From positions 19,530,001 to 19,594,000 of the forward strand of contig NW_027361684.1 of NCBI RefSeq assembly GCF_039654945.1: DNA of 64,000 nt, in the 5' to 3' direction. Under the pieces are notes generated by a model that had not been told where the DNA came from, made no database searches, and saw nothing but the letters and a program-made list of their open reading frames with translations. This document shows, one piece after another, positions 23,843 to 37,330 of this stretch. The position numbers were made by a program, and so were the translations under genes. How positions within the stretch are numbered: position 1 is the stretch's first letter; each line of letters begins with the position of its first letter. This DNA comes from Dendrobates tinctorius (lineage: Eukaryota).

Positions 23843-26800
23843 TGTTATGATTGAGTCACCGTAGGAGGCAGACACAAAAATAGAAGCTACATCCAGAAAA
23901 CCAGAGAAGTTGGCAACTATCAGATTGCAGACCCCTGAACCTATCAACACAACTAGCAGTAGCCGTGGGGGGTTCCTACGGTGCCCTAGACCCCTCGATC
24001 ACAGCCGGAGAGCTATATAGCCTAAAGACAGAAAAGGAAACCTAAACTGCCCCAGAGCAGACCCCAAAGCAAAAGGCAGCCCCCAACATATAATGACGGT
24101 GAAGCAAGATGAAAAAACACTCACACAGGCAGAAAGATAGGCTGAGCAAACGATGGGGCCCAAAACTAACTAAATAGGACAGGAAAGGACGGTTGCTGTC
24201 TGCAATCTGCAAAAACCCTCTCAAAGACATAAGCCAACAAGCTGATATGGAAAAAGACCCTGAAGCAGCTACGCTTCAAAAGCTATATCAGCACTCAGGT
24301 ACTTTCTGAAGACAGAGCTAAAGGAATTCAGCTCACCCCAGCAGGGAATGGCAGAAATCCAGAAAAACAAGGCAAAACAAAGGCAAAGCAAAAATGCAAA
24401 AGGCAGAGCAGAAAACTTAGCTTTAGATGAGCAGGAATTCAGACTTGTCTCCAAGAATCCCACAGAGAAATCACCCGCAGGGCAAAAGGGCGTGGGCGGC
24501 CTTATATCCAGTCAGCAACTCCACTCAGCCAGTCATCATCATTAAGCTCAGATGTTTGATAATCAGGCTCACTACCTTTCTTCACCAGAAGAGGGAGTTC
24601 ACCGGGCCTCAGTAGTGAAGGGGAAAATGAACTCACAACAGTACCTCCCCCTTGAGGAGGGGTCACCGAACCCTCAACCACACCACCAGGGCGATCAGGG
24701 TGAGCCCGATGAAAGGCACGCACCAATCTTTTGGCATGAATATCAGAGGCGGAGACCCAGGAATTATCCTCCTGACCATAACCCTTCCACTTAACAAAAT
24801 ACTGGAGTCTCCGTCTAGCCAGACGGGAATCCAGTATTTTCTCTACCTCATATTCTATGTTACCTTCGACCAATACAGGGTCTGGAGGTGCCACCCCCGG
24901 AACAACAGGTTCAACAAACCTTTTCAACAAAGACTTGTGGAACACATTATGGATTTTAAAAGTGACAGGAAGAGCCAAACGAAAAGAGACCGGATTAATA
25001 ATCTCCAAAATCTTGTAAGGTCCAATAAATCTAGGCTTAAACTTAGGAGAAGCCACCTTCATAGCAATATTTTTTGATGATAACCACACCATATCACCAA
25101 CCTTAAACTGGGGACCGATGGTCCTATGTCGGTTGGAAAATCGCTGGGCCTTTTCCTGGGAGAGAGATAACTTATCCACCACTTGGTCCCAGATCTGGTG
25201 CATTCTCTCCACCACAGTGTCAACACCTGGGCAGGCAGAGGGCTCCACCTGCCCTAAAGAAAATTCAGGATGAAACCCAAAGTTACAAAAAAAGGTGACA
25301 TCAATGTGGCAGAACTAGCTCTATTATTTAAAGCAAATTCGGCCAAGGGCAAAAATGAAACCCAATCATCCTGATCAGCGGAAATAAAACATCTCAAATA
25401 TGACTCCAAGGTCTGGTTTGTTCTCTCTGTCTGCCCATTGGTCTGAGGGTGAAAAGCAGAGGAGAAGGACAGCTGAATTTCCAGATTGGAACAGAAAGTT
25501 CTCCAAAATCTAGACACAAACTGAACTCCTCTGTCAGATACAATGTTCTCAGGAATCCCATGCAAGTGAACCACCTGTTGCAAAAACAGGGGCACCAACT
25601 CAGAGGAAGACGGCAACTTAGGGAGTGGTACAAGATGAACCATCTTAGAGAACCCATCACAAATCACCCAAATAGCAGTCATCCTTTGAGAGACAGGCAT
25701 ATCAGAGATGAAATCCATTAAAATATGGGTCCATGGCCTCTTGGGGACAGGCAAAGGCATCAACAACCCACTAGAGCGAGAACACGATTTAGATCGGGAG
25801 CAAGTCCCACAGGACTGCACAAAATTCCTGACATCATGAGACAAGAAGGGCCACCAAAAAGACCGACTCACCAGATCTCTAGTACCAAAATTACCAGGAT
25901 GACCAGCCAAAGCAGACCAATGAACTTCAGACATCACTCTATTCTTCCACTGGTCAGGAACATACAACTTTCCACTGGGACAACGCTCAGGTTTGTCCTC
26001 CTGGAACTCCTCCAGAGCACGTCTCAAATCAGGCGAGATGGCAGACAGAACTACCCCTTCGCCTAAGATGGTAGCAGGCTTGGTCACCACAGGAGAATCA
26101 GCAAAGAAGCTCCTAGAGAGGGCGTCTGCCTTGACATTCTTAGTTCCAGGAAGAAAGGAAACCACAAAATCAAAACGTGTAAAAAACAAGGCCCACCTAG
26201 CCTGTCTAGGGTTCAAGCGTTTAGCCGACTCTAGGTAAATCAGATTCTTGTGGTCAGTGAGGACCACGACTTGATGTTTAGCTCCCTCCAACCAATGTCT
26301 CCACTCCTCCAATGCCTATTTCATGGCCAACAGTTCACGATTCCCCACATCATAGTTACGTTCAGATGGAGAGAACTTTCGGCACAAGGATTCATTTTAG
26401 ATGTTACAGGATCCTTTTGGGACAAAACAGCTCCTGCACCAATCTCAGAAGCATCCACCTCTACCTGGAACGGAAGTGAGACATCAGGTTGCCGCAAAAC
26501 CGGGGCGGAGGTGAATCTTCGCGTCAGCTCCTGAAAGGAAGAAACAGCCTCCGGAGACCAATTTAACACATCAGCACCCTTCTTAGTCAAATCAGTCAAT
26601 GGCTTGGCAATACTAGAAAATTTTGCTATAAATTTCCGATAAAAATTAGCAAAACCCAAAAACTTCTGGAGGGCCTTCAAAGAAGTGGGCTGAACCCAAT
26701 CGTAAATGGCCTGTACCTTGGCCGGGTCCATTTCAATAGTAGACGGAGACAAAATAAATCCCAAAAAAGAAATCCTCTGTACTCCAAAAAGACATTTAGA

Positions 26801-29615
26801 TCCTTTGACATACAGGGAATTCTCCCTCAAGATCCGGAACACAGTCCGAACATGTTCCACATGAGAATCCCAATCCTTGGAGAAGATCAAAATATCATCC
26901 AGATAGATAATCAAAAATTTATCGACAAAATCTCGGAAAATATCGTTCATGAAGCACTGGAAGACAGAAGGGGCATTAGTGAGCCCAAAAGGCATCACCA
27001 GATACTCAAAATGTCCCTCCGGAGTATTAAACGCCGTCTTCCATTCATCTCCATGCTTAATGCGAATAAGATTATACGCCCCCTGAGGTCAAGCTTGGTA
27101 AACCAGCAAGCACCTTTAACTCTAGAAAATAGATCCGAAATCAGGGGTAAGGGATACTGATATTTAACAGTAATTTTGTTGAGGGCACGATAATCAATAC
27201 AAGGTCTTAATGATCCATCCTTTTTGGCTACAAAAAAAAACCCAGCACCTAAGGGTGACGAGGATGGTCTAATGTGACCCTTCTCCAACGCCTCCTTAAT
27301 ATAGGATCGCATAGCCTCGTGCTCGGGTACAGATAAATTGAAGAGCCGACCTTTGGGAAATTTACACCCCGGGCTCAGTTCAATTGCACAGTCATAACTC
27401 CTATGAGGAGGCAGAGACGCAGACTCATTCTCACTAAATACATCATAAAAGTCCGCCAAATAAAAAGGAACATCATGCGACTGAGGAGAGGTGGAAAACA
27501 CCGGAGCCTCACTAAAGGCACACCGACAACCCCAACTCACCACAGACACAGATTTCCAATCCAAAACTGGATTATGAATTTGTAACCAGGGAAACCCCAG
27601 AACAATGGTATCATGCAGATTATGCAACACCAAAAATCTGCAATTTTCTTGATGGTCTGGGGCGACCCGCATTACCACCTGGGTCCAAAACTGAGGTTTA
27701 TTTTTTGCCAAAGGAGTAGCATCAATCCCCCTCAAAGGGATAGGCATCTGCAGAGGTGTCATCGGAAATCCACAACGTTTAGCAAAATCCAAGTCCATTA
27801 GGTTTAGAGCTGCTCCCGAATCCACAAAAGCCTTGGCGGAAAATGTGGACAGGGAGCAGATCAGAGTAATAGCCAGAAGAAACTTAGGTTGAACACCACC
27901 AACAGAAAACGTGTGTGCAAAGCGTTTCTCTTGTTTAGGACAGGCAGAAATAATATGTGAGGCATCTCCACAGAAAAAACACAACTTATTACGCCTTCTG
28001 AACTCCTGACGCTGCTCTCTGGACAAAACTCTATCACATTGCATAGGTTCAGACATTTGCTCAACAGGTGGCAACACCTCTCGTGCAGTCTTGCGTTCGC
28101 GCAAACGCCGATCAACCTGAATGGCTAATGACATAGAATCGTCAAGACCAGAGGGAACAGGAAATCCTACCATAGTATCTTTTACGGCTTCTGACAAACT
28201 CTTCCGAAAGAGAGCAGCCAAGGCACTATCATTCCAGGTAGTAAGGACCACCCACTTTCGGAATTTTTGACAGTACAATTCTGCAGCATCTCGACTCTGG
28301 TTCAATGCCAGCAGGGTCCTTTCAGCCTGATCAATGGCATTAGGTTCGTCACACAATAACCCTAAGGCTTGAAAAAATGCATTCACATTAGTCAGAATAG
28401 GATCATCTGGTTTCAAAGGAAATGCCCAATCCTGGGGATCGCCACGCAGCAAGGAGATGACAATTTTAACCTGCTGCGCGTAGCTCCCTGACGAGTTAGG
28501 CTTCAAGGCAAAAAATAATTTACAATTATTTTTGAAATTCAAAAATTTAGACCGATCCCCAAAAAATACATCAAGTGTAGGAATCTTTGGTTCAGCAGCA
28601 TGTGAATGAGCAAGGTAGGCGGAAATTCCCCGCACTTCCGCAGCGAGCTGCTCCACACGATCAGACAATTGCTTTATCTCCATTGAGAGAAAAAAAAATT
28701 CCCCCTACGGCCTCAGAGATATAGAGGAAAAAATATACACACTTTTTTTTTTTTTTTTTTTTAACAATTCTTTCCTGCTATTGAGTACCCTAGGATCTGC
28801 GGTAGGGCGGGTGATTCTGTTATGATTGAGTCACCGTAGGAGGCAGACACAAAAATAGAAGCTACGTCCAGAAAACCAGAGAAGTTGGCAACTATCAGAT
28901 TGCAGACCCCTGAACCTATCAACACAACTAGCAGTAGCCGTGGGGGGTTCCTACGGTGCCCTAGACCCCTCGATCACAGCTGGAGAGCTATATAGCCTAA
29001 AGACAGAAAAGGAAACCTAAACTGCCCCAGAGCAGACCCCAAAGCAAAAGGCAGCCCCCAACATATAATGACGGTGAAGCAAGATGAAAAAACACTCACA
29101 CAGGCAGAAAGATAGGCTGAGCAAACGATGGGGCCCAAAACTAACTAAATAGGACAGGAAAGGACGGTTGCTGTCTGCAATCTGCAAAAACCCTCTCAAA
29201 GACATAAGCCAACAAGCTGATATGGAAAAAGACCCTGAAGCAGCTACGCTTCAAAAGCTATATCAGCACTCAGGTACTTTCTGAAGACAGAGCTAAAGGA
29301 ATTCAGCTCACCCCAGCAGGGAATGGCAGAAATCCAGAAAAACAAAGCAAAACAAAGGCAAAGCAAAAATGCAAAAGGCAGAGCAGAAAACTTAGCTTTA
29401 GATGAGTAGGAATTCAGACTGGTCTCCAAGGATCCCACAGAGAAATCACCCACAGGGCAAAAGGGCGTGGGCGGCCTTATATCCAGTCAGCAACTCCACT
29501 CAGCCAGTCATCATCATTAAGCTCAGATGTTTGATAATCAGGCTCACTACCTTTCTTCACCAGAAGAGGGAGTTCACCGGGCCTCAGTAGTGAAGGGGAA
29601 AATGAACTCACAACA
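23843..29615 (-). mobile_element. Full-length Ty3/Gypsy chromovirus (Tf1/sushi group); 798-bp LTRs at 28818-29615 (5') and 23843-24640 (3')
   Basis: TG...CA LTRs differing at about 7 positions by eye; TSD GGCTTC on both sides; PPT aagggggagg next to the 3' LTR; gag-PR-RT-RH-IN-chromodomain order. Confidence 0.97.
24502..28683 (-). pseudogene. Gag-pol polyprotein with chromodomain integrase, disrupted
   Basis: [51 protein letters not shown]...VKWKGYG; frameshifts near 27080, 26380 and 25290 and a TAG near 26316. Confidence 0.92.
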
Positions 29616-30720
29616 GGCTTCATAGCGCCTTTGTGCATCATAATGCTTCATGGTGCCTTTCTGCATCATATTACATCATATTGCTTCATAGTACCTTTGT
29701 GCATCATATTGCATCATAGTACCTCTCTGCATCATATTGCATCATAGTGCTTCACAGTGCCTCTGCATCAAATCGCCTCATAGTACATCATATTGCATCA
29801 GAGTGCCTCTAGGCACTATATTGAGTGCATCAGGTTGCACCATATGGCTTCATAGTGCCTCTATGCATCATATTGCATCATTGTAGCTCTATGCATCATA
29901 TTGCATCATAGTGCCTTTCTGCATCATATTGCATCATAGTGCTTCACAGTGCCTCTGCATTATATCGCATCATAGTACATCAGATTGCATCATAGTGCCT
30001 CTAGGCATTATATTGAGTGTATCAGGTTGCACCATATGGCGTCATAGTACCCCTATGCATCAGATGGCATCATAGGGCCTCTGCGCATCATATTGCATCA
30101 TAGTGCATCATAGTGCCTCTGCATATTGAATCATAGTGCTTCACAGTGCCTCGGCATCATATTGCATCAGAGTGCTTCACAGTGATGCTGCATCATATTG
30201 CATCATAGTGCCTTTGTGCATCATATTGCACCATAGTGTTTCACAGTACCTCTGCAACATATTGCATCATAGTGCTTCATAGTGCCTCTGTGCATATTTG
30301 AATCATAGTGCTTCGCAGTGCCTCTGCATCATATTGCATCATAGTGCTTCACAGTGCCTCCGCATCATATTGCATCATAGTGCTTCACAGTGTCACTGCA
30401 TCATAGTGCTTCACAGTGCCTCTGCATCATATTGCATCATATTACATCATATTGCATCATAGTACCTTTGTGCATCATATTCCATCAGAGTGCTTCATCG
30501 AGCCTTTGTGCATCATATTGCATCGGAGTGCTTCCTAGTGGCTTTATGCATCATATTGCATCATAGCTCTTCATAAGTACCTTTTTGCTTCATATGGCAT
30601 CATAGTGCTTCATAGCGTCTCTATGCATCAGATTGCATCATAATGCTTCGGTGCATCAGATGGCATCATAGTGCTTTGGTGCCCCTGTGCCTCATGGTGT
30701 ATCATTAGTGTTTCATAGTG
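29616..30720. repeat. Same minisatellite, right part
   Basis: Resumes immediately after the LTR and TSD. Confidence 0.9.
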
Positions 30721-32463
30721 CTTCCACATTTTGTCTCGGGCCCAGAGTCCTTGAGTTTTGGACCCAGATCCAACTTCTGTTACTTCATTCTTGGCATCCG
30801 GGATAAACAAAAAGAAAAAAAAAACACCTATGCTTGAATTGGCCTAGTATAATAGCATTTCTTCCGTCTGGAACAGAACTCTCAGGGAGCTACTGCCTTG
30901 AGTGCTAAAGGCAAGTCTCTTTCATAATTAGCTTTAAAGGGAGACATACATCTTTGGGTTCATCCTACAAGGAACATACTACTGTCCTTAGAGCAGTAAA
31001 TCCCAGGAGGGGGAAGGACAGAATCCTTCCCAGCTCCACATACAGCAATCAGACTAGTTGCCTTGATCAACATCCAGTAGACAGATTCTTGTCACATAAG
31101 TCTGTTGTATTATGTTTACCAGGGACTGCATCACTGCCTTTGTACCTTGTGGCGAAACAGCAGCACTGCATCAGGTGGCAGATGATCCCACACCCTCTGT
31201 TCTTGCAGCAGTCAGGGCTCCAGGGATAAAGAATCGGTAACCAGGACTCTTACAGTCCATAGTCCCATTGCCTCACAATAGGTAATCCTCTGTGATGGGG
31301 AGAAAACTACTCTCTCTAGCTATAGGGTATGGTTTCTCCCACCATGGCAGTCTAGGTGTGTGGGAGAGAGGGTACCAATCGAGTGTCTGGGTCGGAACCA
31401 AGGGGACCGTCACCTGGGTTCCGGGGGAAACTGTTTCCGGGGGACAGAGTTCAGGGACGGACCGTGGAGACTGACAGGTGGACTGGGGGAGGAGCTAATA
31501 TAAAAGGGGCGGGGAACGCGAGTCACAGTGAGTCAGCAGAACAAGACAGAAGGAGCAGGAGATCGTGGGAGCGACCGAGAGCCAGAGCGACTCACCCGAG
31601 CCAGGAAGGAGGCCATAGACAGGAGAGATACTTCCCCTGGACATCAGTGGGATGGCACCAAGACGACCGTCCGAGAACCGCTGCCCCGCGACGACCAGTG
31701 GCCGCCGCCGCCTTCCTCCTGCCCGCGGCTGCGGCCTGCCCGCGGCCAACAGCGGCCGTTGCCGCCTCGCTCCTGCCCGCGGCTGCTGCCTGCCCGCAGA
31801 CCCCAGCGGCTGCTGCCGCCTCCAGCCCGTGGCTGTGGCCTATCTCCCGCTGCCCACAGCCGCTCTGCCCTTACCCATGGTTGCGGCAAGTCCAGTGCCG
31901 TCGGCGGCCACCACTGTCCCGCTCCGGTCCGCGGCAGGGGCCGAGCCTCTGCTTGCCGCGGATTCCCCGTCGCAGCTGTTAGCTGCGCAGGTGGCCTGCC
32001 CCTCACCACCCCACATCACTGCCGCTTGCCCCAGTCCTGGGGCTGCGGCTCATCCGTCCAAGGACTCCGTCGGGGCCTGTGGTGCTCCAGTGTCATCAGA
32101 GCGCCGGAGCGCTCGAAGACTTTGTCAACGCTTCAGCAACTGGGCCCAACGACTGCTACGCCGAAAGACTACCATCCCAAATGGCGAGGGACGTGGACAG
32201 CTAAGTTGACTATATAATTAAGGACCCGTATTTGGCCATACCGCGGCCCTATAGTGACCGGCTATTGCCGGATGTAGTCGTGTTCTACCCCGTTTTGTGT
32301 TTGCTTGTATAGAGCCCCTGCGAGGGCAACCCTTGTTACCCCTTTTTATTGGTCAGGCTGTGACTGAGGATAGTTACCTCTAGGCCTATAAACGTTATTA
32401 TATAAAGCACCAAACCGTCTCGCGACTCGTCACTGCATCCTGCGTACCTGCAAGTACCACATT

Positions 32464-32481
32464 TGGCGTAGTCGGCATGAT
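32464..32481 (+). promoter_or_regulatory. tRNA-Ser primer binding site
   Basis: TGGCGTAGTCGGCATGAT, 17/18 complementary to the vertebrate tRNA-Ser 3' end (...AUCCUGCCGACUACGCCA), 2 nt after the LTR. Confidence 0.85.
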
Positions 32482-35400
32482 GCAGTCTCCGAGCGTGGAC
32501 AGTGAGGGCCCCCGGCCCAGTATTTCTTTGGAGGGCTATGCTAAGCAATCTACCCAGGTTCTCCGGCAGCAATACTATGCTGTGGAACTGGACGGAGTGA
32601 ATGCATGGGTTATTTAGGATGCATCCGCTTACCCCTGACCTAGAGGCAGAAGTGGCCCTGATGGCATTGGACAGGGAAGCCTGGGATACCGTAATGTTGA
32701 GGCCCGGGGGCAGTGAAACACCTTCGTCGGGGTGTTACAGATCTTAGAAGAGACCTATGGGGACCCGACCGATGTGGGGGAACTGAGAACCCAAATGTTT
32801 GGACGCATGCAGAAAGAGGGGGAAACAGTGACCCAATATATGAATGTTTTGCAGGAACTGTTTTTAGCCATTGAAAGGAGGGATGGAGTCGGTGTGGGGA
32901 CCGTGGACGTAACATTACATGACCTGTTAGTGACCGGGTTACGAGACACCCTGACAAGACAGGCTTTGCGGGAGCGGGTGCGAGTGGACCCACATCTGAC
33001 CTTTTCAGAAATAGGGAAGGAGGCATGGGTTCGGGAACAGGAGCAAGACGTGATGGTCCCAGTGGGGATGGCTCGGAGTATCAAAGCATCCGTAAGCGCC
33101 CTGAGCGAACCCCACTGGGTACAAGAGGTGAAGCAAGAGATACAGAGTATTAAAGGTGAACTGGCCAAAGCCAAGAAAGCGGCCACAAGGAGTCGGCCGG
33201 GGCCGGGTATAGGAGGCATGAGCCATCGCGGCCCTCACCCAAGTCGGGCCCCACGACCATTCGCCTGTTACGATTGTGGAGAATTGGGACACTCCGCCCG
33301 AGAGTGCCCACGCTCCAGGGGAAACCCGCCCCGCTGGCCAAGAAGAGCAGAGGACCCTGAGCCGGAGACGCCGTCCGGAGCTGGAGCCCATCACACGGGG
33401 TGGAGGAAGGCACGAAAACCTGGTCGTGTGGTGCCCAGTGGTATGGGCAGAGATCAAAGGCCGTGCCGTGCGATGCCTAGTAGATACGGGATCGCAAGTA
33501 ACGACCATGCCAGAGACTTATTTTCGGCAGCATTTTCCCGAAGCAGTAAGACCTCAGAGGGGGACCGTGATAAAGTTGGTAGCCGCTAACCAGCTACCAG
33601 TTCCTGTCGTTGGAGTAGCCTGGATGCAGATTTCGATAAGCGGCCGCCGGGGAGTGGTCCTGACCCAGGGAGACACAAACAGCAAACATCCGGTTACTCT
33701 GGGTATGAACATACTATGAGAGTTCGGCAACCTCCACCTCAATGAGCCCACACAAGAGACTCTGAGCCAATGGGGTTCTCACACGGCCCAAGGGCAGGTC
33801 TTCCAGCAGTTGGTGCAGGAGGCGCGAGTGCTCCAGGAGTGCCAGGAGGGTGAGGCAGTGGTAGCCCTGCCGATACACGCCCCGATGCCACAGGAGGGCG
33901 TGGAGGTGCAGGTGGAACCATGTTACTTGGAGCGCCTGCACCCTGGCATACTGGTAGCCCGCTCCCTGGCCACGGTGCGGGAGGGGACCGTCCTGGTACG
34001 TTGTGTCAACCCTGAAGACCAAAATATCGCCCTGAAGCCCCGGGCCGAAATGGCCAAACTAGTGAGGCCTTTGGAGGAGGTGCTGCCTGACCCCACGGTC
34101 CAGTTGAAGGTGCAGCCCGAAGATCCTTGGGCAGTAACCGTACGAACCCAACAGACTGCCGTATCCTCGACCCAGGAGAAAGGTCGAGCTATCCTGGAAA
34201 GAATGCGGGCCGAACTTTCCGGCCTAGCGCCAGCTCAACTCTTCCAGGTAGAGACACTTCTTGGACAATATTACAGTGTCTTCGCCAGTCATTAGGCTGA
34301 CTTCGGATGTACCACGGCCATCACGCAAGGGATCCCCACGGCAGGTGCGGCCCCCATCCAGGAGCGATATCGGCAAATACCACCGCAGCTATACCAGGAA
34401 GTGAAAACCCTCTTAGCCCAAATGCTTCGGAAGGGGGTCATATGAGAAAGCCAGAGCCCTTGGGCAGTCCCCATTGTCCTGGTTCGTAAAAAAGATGGCA
34501 CTCTGCGTTTTTGCGTGGACTATCGAAAGTTGAACGCCTGCACCATCAAGGATTCGTATCCGCTGCCCCGCATAGAAGAATCTCTGTCCGCCTTGGGGAA
34601 CGCGACGTACTTTTCAACTCTAGACCTGGCCAGTGGGTACTGGCAGGTGCCGATGTCAGAGGAAGACAGAGCCAAGACAGCATTCATCCTTCCCATGGGA
34701 CTGCTTGAGTTTAATCGGATGCCGTTCGGGCTGGCCAACGCCCCAGGAACCTTCCAGCGGTTGATGGAGCGGTGTCTAGAAAACCTCAACTTTGAAGCCA
34801 CGTTGATATACCTGAACGATATTATCATCTATTCCGCCACGTTCGAGGACCACCTGCGGCGGTTGGGGCAGGTGCTCGGCCGGCTGCAGAAGTACGGGTT
34901 AAAGGTGAAGCTCCAGAAATGCCACCTGTTCCGCACCCAGATCGAATATCTGGGGCATGCCGTCTCAGTGGAGGGTGTCAGACCATCCCTGGAAAAGGTT
35001 GCTGCCATCCAGGGGTGGCCCACCCCCGAGACGGTGAAAGACGTGCGGGCCTTCCTGGGGTTGGCCGGCTACTATCGTCGGTTCGTAAAGAATTTTGCAC
35101 GCCAAGCCCAAGCCCTGCAGTACCTGCTGAATGGACGAAATGGACGGAAGATCCAGTGGCAGCAATCGCAAGAGGATGCGTTTCAAGATCTCAAAGCTGC
35201 ACTCTCGGACGCCCCGGTATTGGCATATGCAGATTTCTCACAATCGTCCATTCTGCATACCGACGGGAGCCTCCAGGGACTAGGAGCTGTGTTGTCACAG
35301 GTGTAGGACGGCCGAGAGAAAGTGATCGCCTATGGTAGCCGGTCACTGCACGACTCCGAACGCAACCCGGATAATTACAGCTCCTTTAAGCTCGAGCTCC

Positions 35401-37330
35401 TTGCGGTGGTGTGGGCAATGATGGAGCGGTTCGCAGAGTACCTGGCGGGCTCCGAAGTCGTGGTGCGGATGGATAACAATCCGTTAGCCCATTTGAAGAA
35501 TGCCAAACTGGGGGCCCTAGAGCAGCGGTGGGTGGCTCGGATGGCCTAGTTCAACTACAAGATCATCTACAAACGGGGAAACGTGCACGCCGATGCACTC
35601 TCCCCAGGGAGGAATCAAGGCGATGAATTAGATGGGGAGGAGACGCCGTTTGCCCTCACCACTGCCGCGCTTACAGTCAACGCGCAAGAAGCGCCTCATC
35701 CGGAGCTCTCAGGAGGAATACTGGAACAGCCATGCGACAAATGGATTCAGCAGCAACAGGAAGATAGAGAAATTGGACTCCTGCACCAATGGGTGGCCAC
35801 AGACAAGTTGCCCACTGGCTCACAGAGACAGACTTTGACCCAGGATATGTTGCTGATGCTGCGCCAGTGGGAAAAGCTATTCATCAAAAAGGGACTTTTA
35901 TATCGAACAGCCGTGTCACGAACAATGTCGGCTACAATATGGCAGGTAATTGTGCCCGGAACCCATCTCAGCCAACTGGCTCGGGAAGCCCATGAGAAGG
36001 GGGCTCACTTTGGTGCTCAAAAGACTTTGCAATGGCTGCAGCAGATAGTGTACCATCCACGCTTGCACGCTGCTGTGGAAGAAGTTTGCCGAACCTGCCG
36101 CCCGTGCGAGCTCGCTAAACCTCCCGCGCAACGAGCCCCGGTGCAGACAATTGTAACATCAGCTCCCCTGGAGCTCCTCACGGTGGACTATCTGACCATA
36201 GGTCAGGCCTATCAGGGGTACGAACATTGTCTCGTTATGGTGGACCATTTCACCAAGTTCGCCGTGGTCCCCCCCACCCGAGACCAGACAGCGGAGTCGA
36301 CCGCCTATGCGATTTGTAAAAACTTTATCCAAGTGTACGGCTGCCTGCAATGAATACATTCGGACCAAGGAGCGTGCTTCCTAGGAAGAGTCATGGAAGA
36401 ACTACATCATCTCTATGGTATCGATAAGTCTCGGACTACACCGTACCACCCGCAGGGAAACGGGGCCTGCGAGCGATTCAGTCAGACACTAATCCAAATG
36501 CTGCATACCCTGGAGAGCGACCGAAAGGCCCGCTGGCCTGAATACATCCCTGAGCTGGTGTGGGTATATAATAACTGGGTGCACCGGGTGACTGGTTACA
36601 CCCCCTACTCATTGCTGTTTGGACGGGAAGGCAAAGGAATCATGGAAGTGGAGCTAAACCCGGAGGAACCTCTACCCTGGACCGGAGTATCCTCGTGGGT
36701 CCGAAACCACCGGCACCTGCTGCAGAGCCTCCACCGAATCGTCCATACAAAGCTCCAGGATCTAGAACACCCGGGGGGAGCGCTGCCCCCACCAATTGAC
36801 TTCCAGGCAGGGGATCGGGTACTCGTACTAGATCAACGCCCCCAAAACAAGTTAGAACCACGGTGGGAGGAGAACCCGTAACCAGTGTTGCGCCAGATAA
36901 GCCCCGACGGGCCTGTGTATGAAATACAATCGGAAAGAGACGGTGCACCTCTCACTCGTACTGTGCACCGAAATGTTGCGCCCCTGTGGGTCCACTGATC
37001 AAATGCGACCCGAGCCGATCACTCAGGTCCCCGACCTCCCGTCAACGGTCTGGGACCTGGATGACGAAGAGGACTTCCCAGCCACATCCGCGGGCCCTCC
37101 AAATAATGACATTGCAGCAGACCCAGTTAGCCTGCCAGAATCGATCAACCCACCACCATCCACCACCCCAAAAAGCTCCACCCCGGTCGAACTTAGACGC
37201 TCCGAGCGGTCTACAGCTGGCAAACCCCCTGAACGTTACGAACAGGACCAGTTCGTATTGCGACAAGAACTGTCATCTCCAAAAACTAACTCGAGTCTAC
37301 TAAAGCCCTCGCCCGAGGACTGGCGAGCAT
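32480..37330 (+). pseudogene. Gag (PNMA-like, CCHC)-PR-RT-RNaseH-IN pseudogene
   Basis: CYDCGELGHSARECP, VDTGSQVT, LDLASGYWQ, YLND (mutated YLDD), TDGS, SDQG, YHPQGNG; stops at 34293, 34443, 35304, 35547, 36351, 36879 plus frameshifts. Confidence 0.9.

Larger units (their letters stand above)
22013..31350 (+). mobile_element. Probable degenerate DIRS-like element hosting the minisatellite and the nested Gypsy
   Basis: The start (gacagcaccatggag...ggacagg...aggttaaaaggcccctccc...tttcctgtccc) resembles amphibian DIRS termini as I recall them; faint tyrosine-recombinase-like remnants at about 30850-31230; boundaries uncertain. Confidence 0.35.

Noticed and set aside
31356-32217. Long Ala/Pro/Arg-rich ORFs, repeated at 37350-38200
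   Set aside because: They come from GC-rich LTR repeats that are open in several frames, with no domain; not an env gene.
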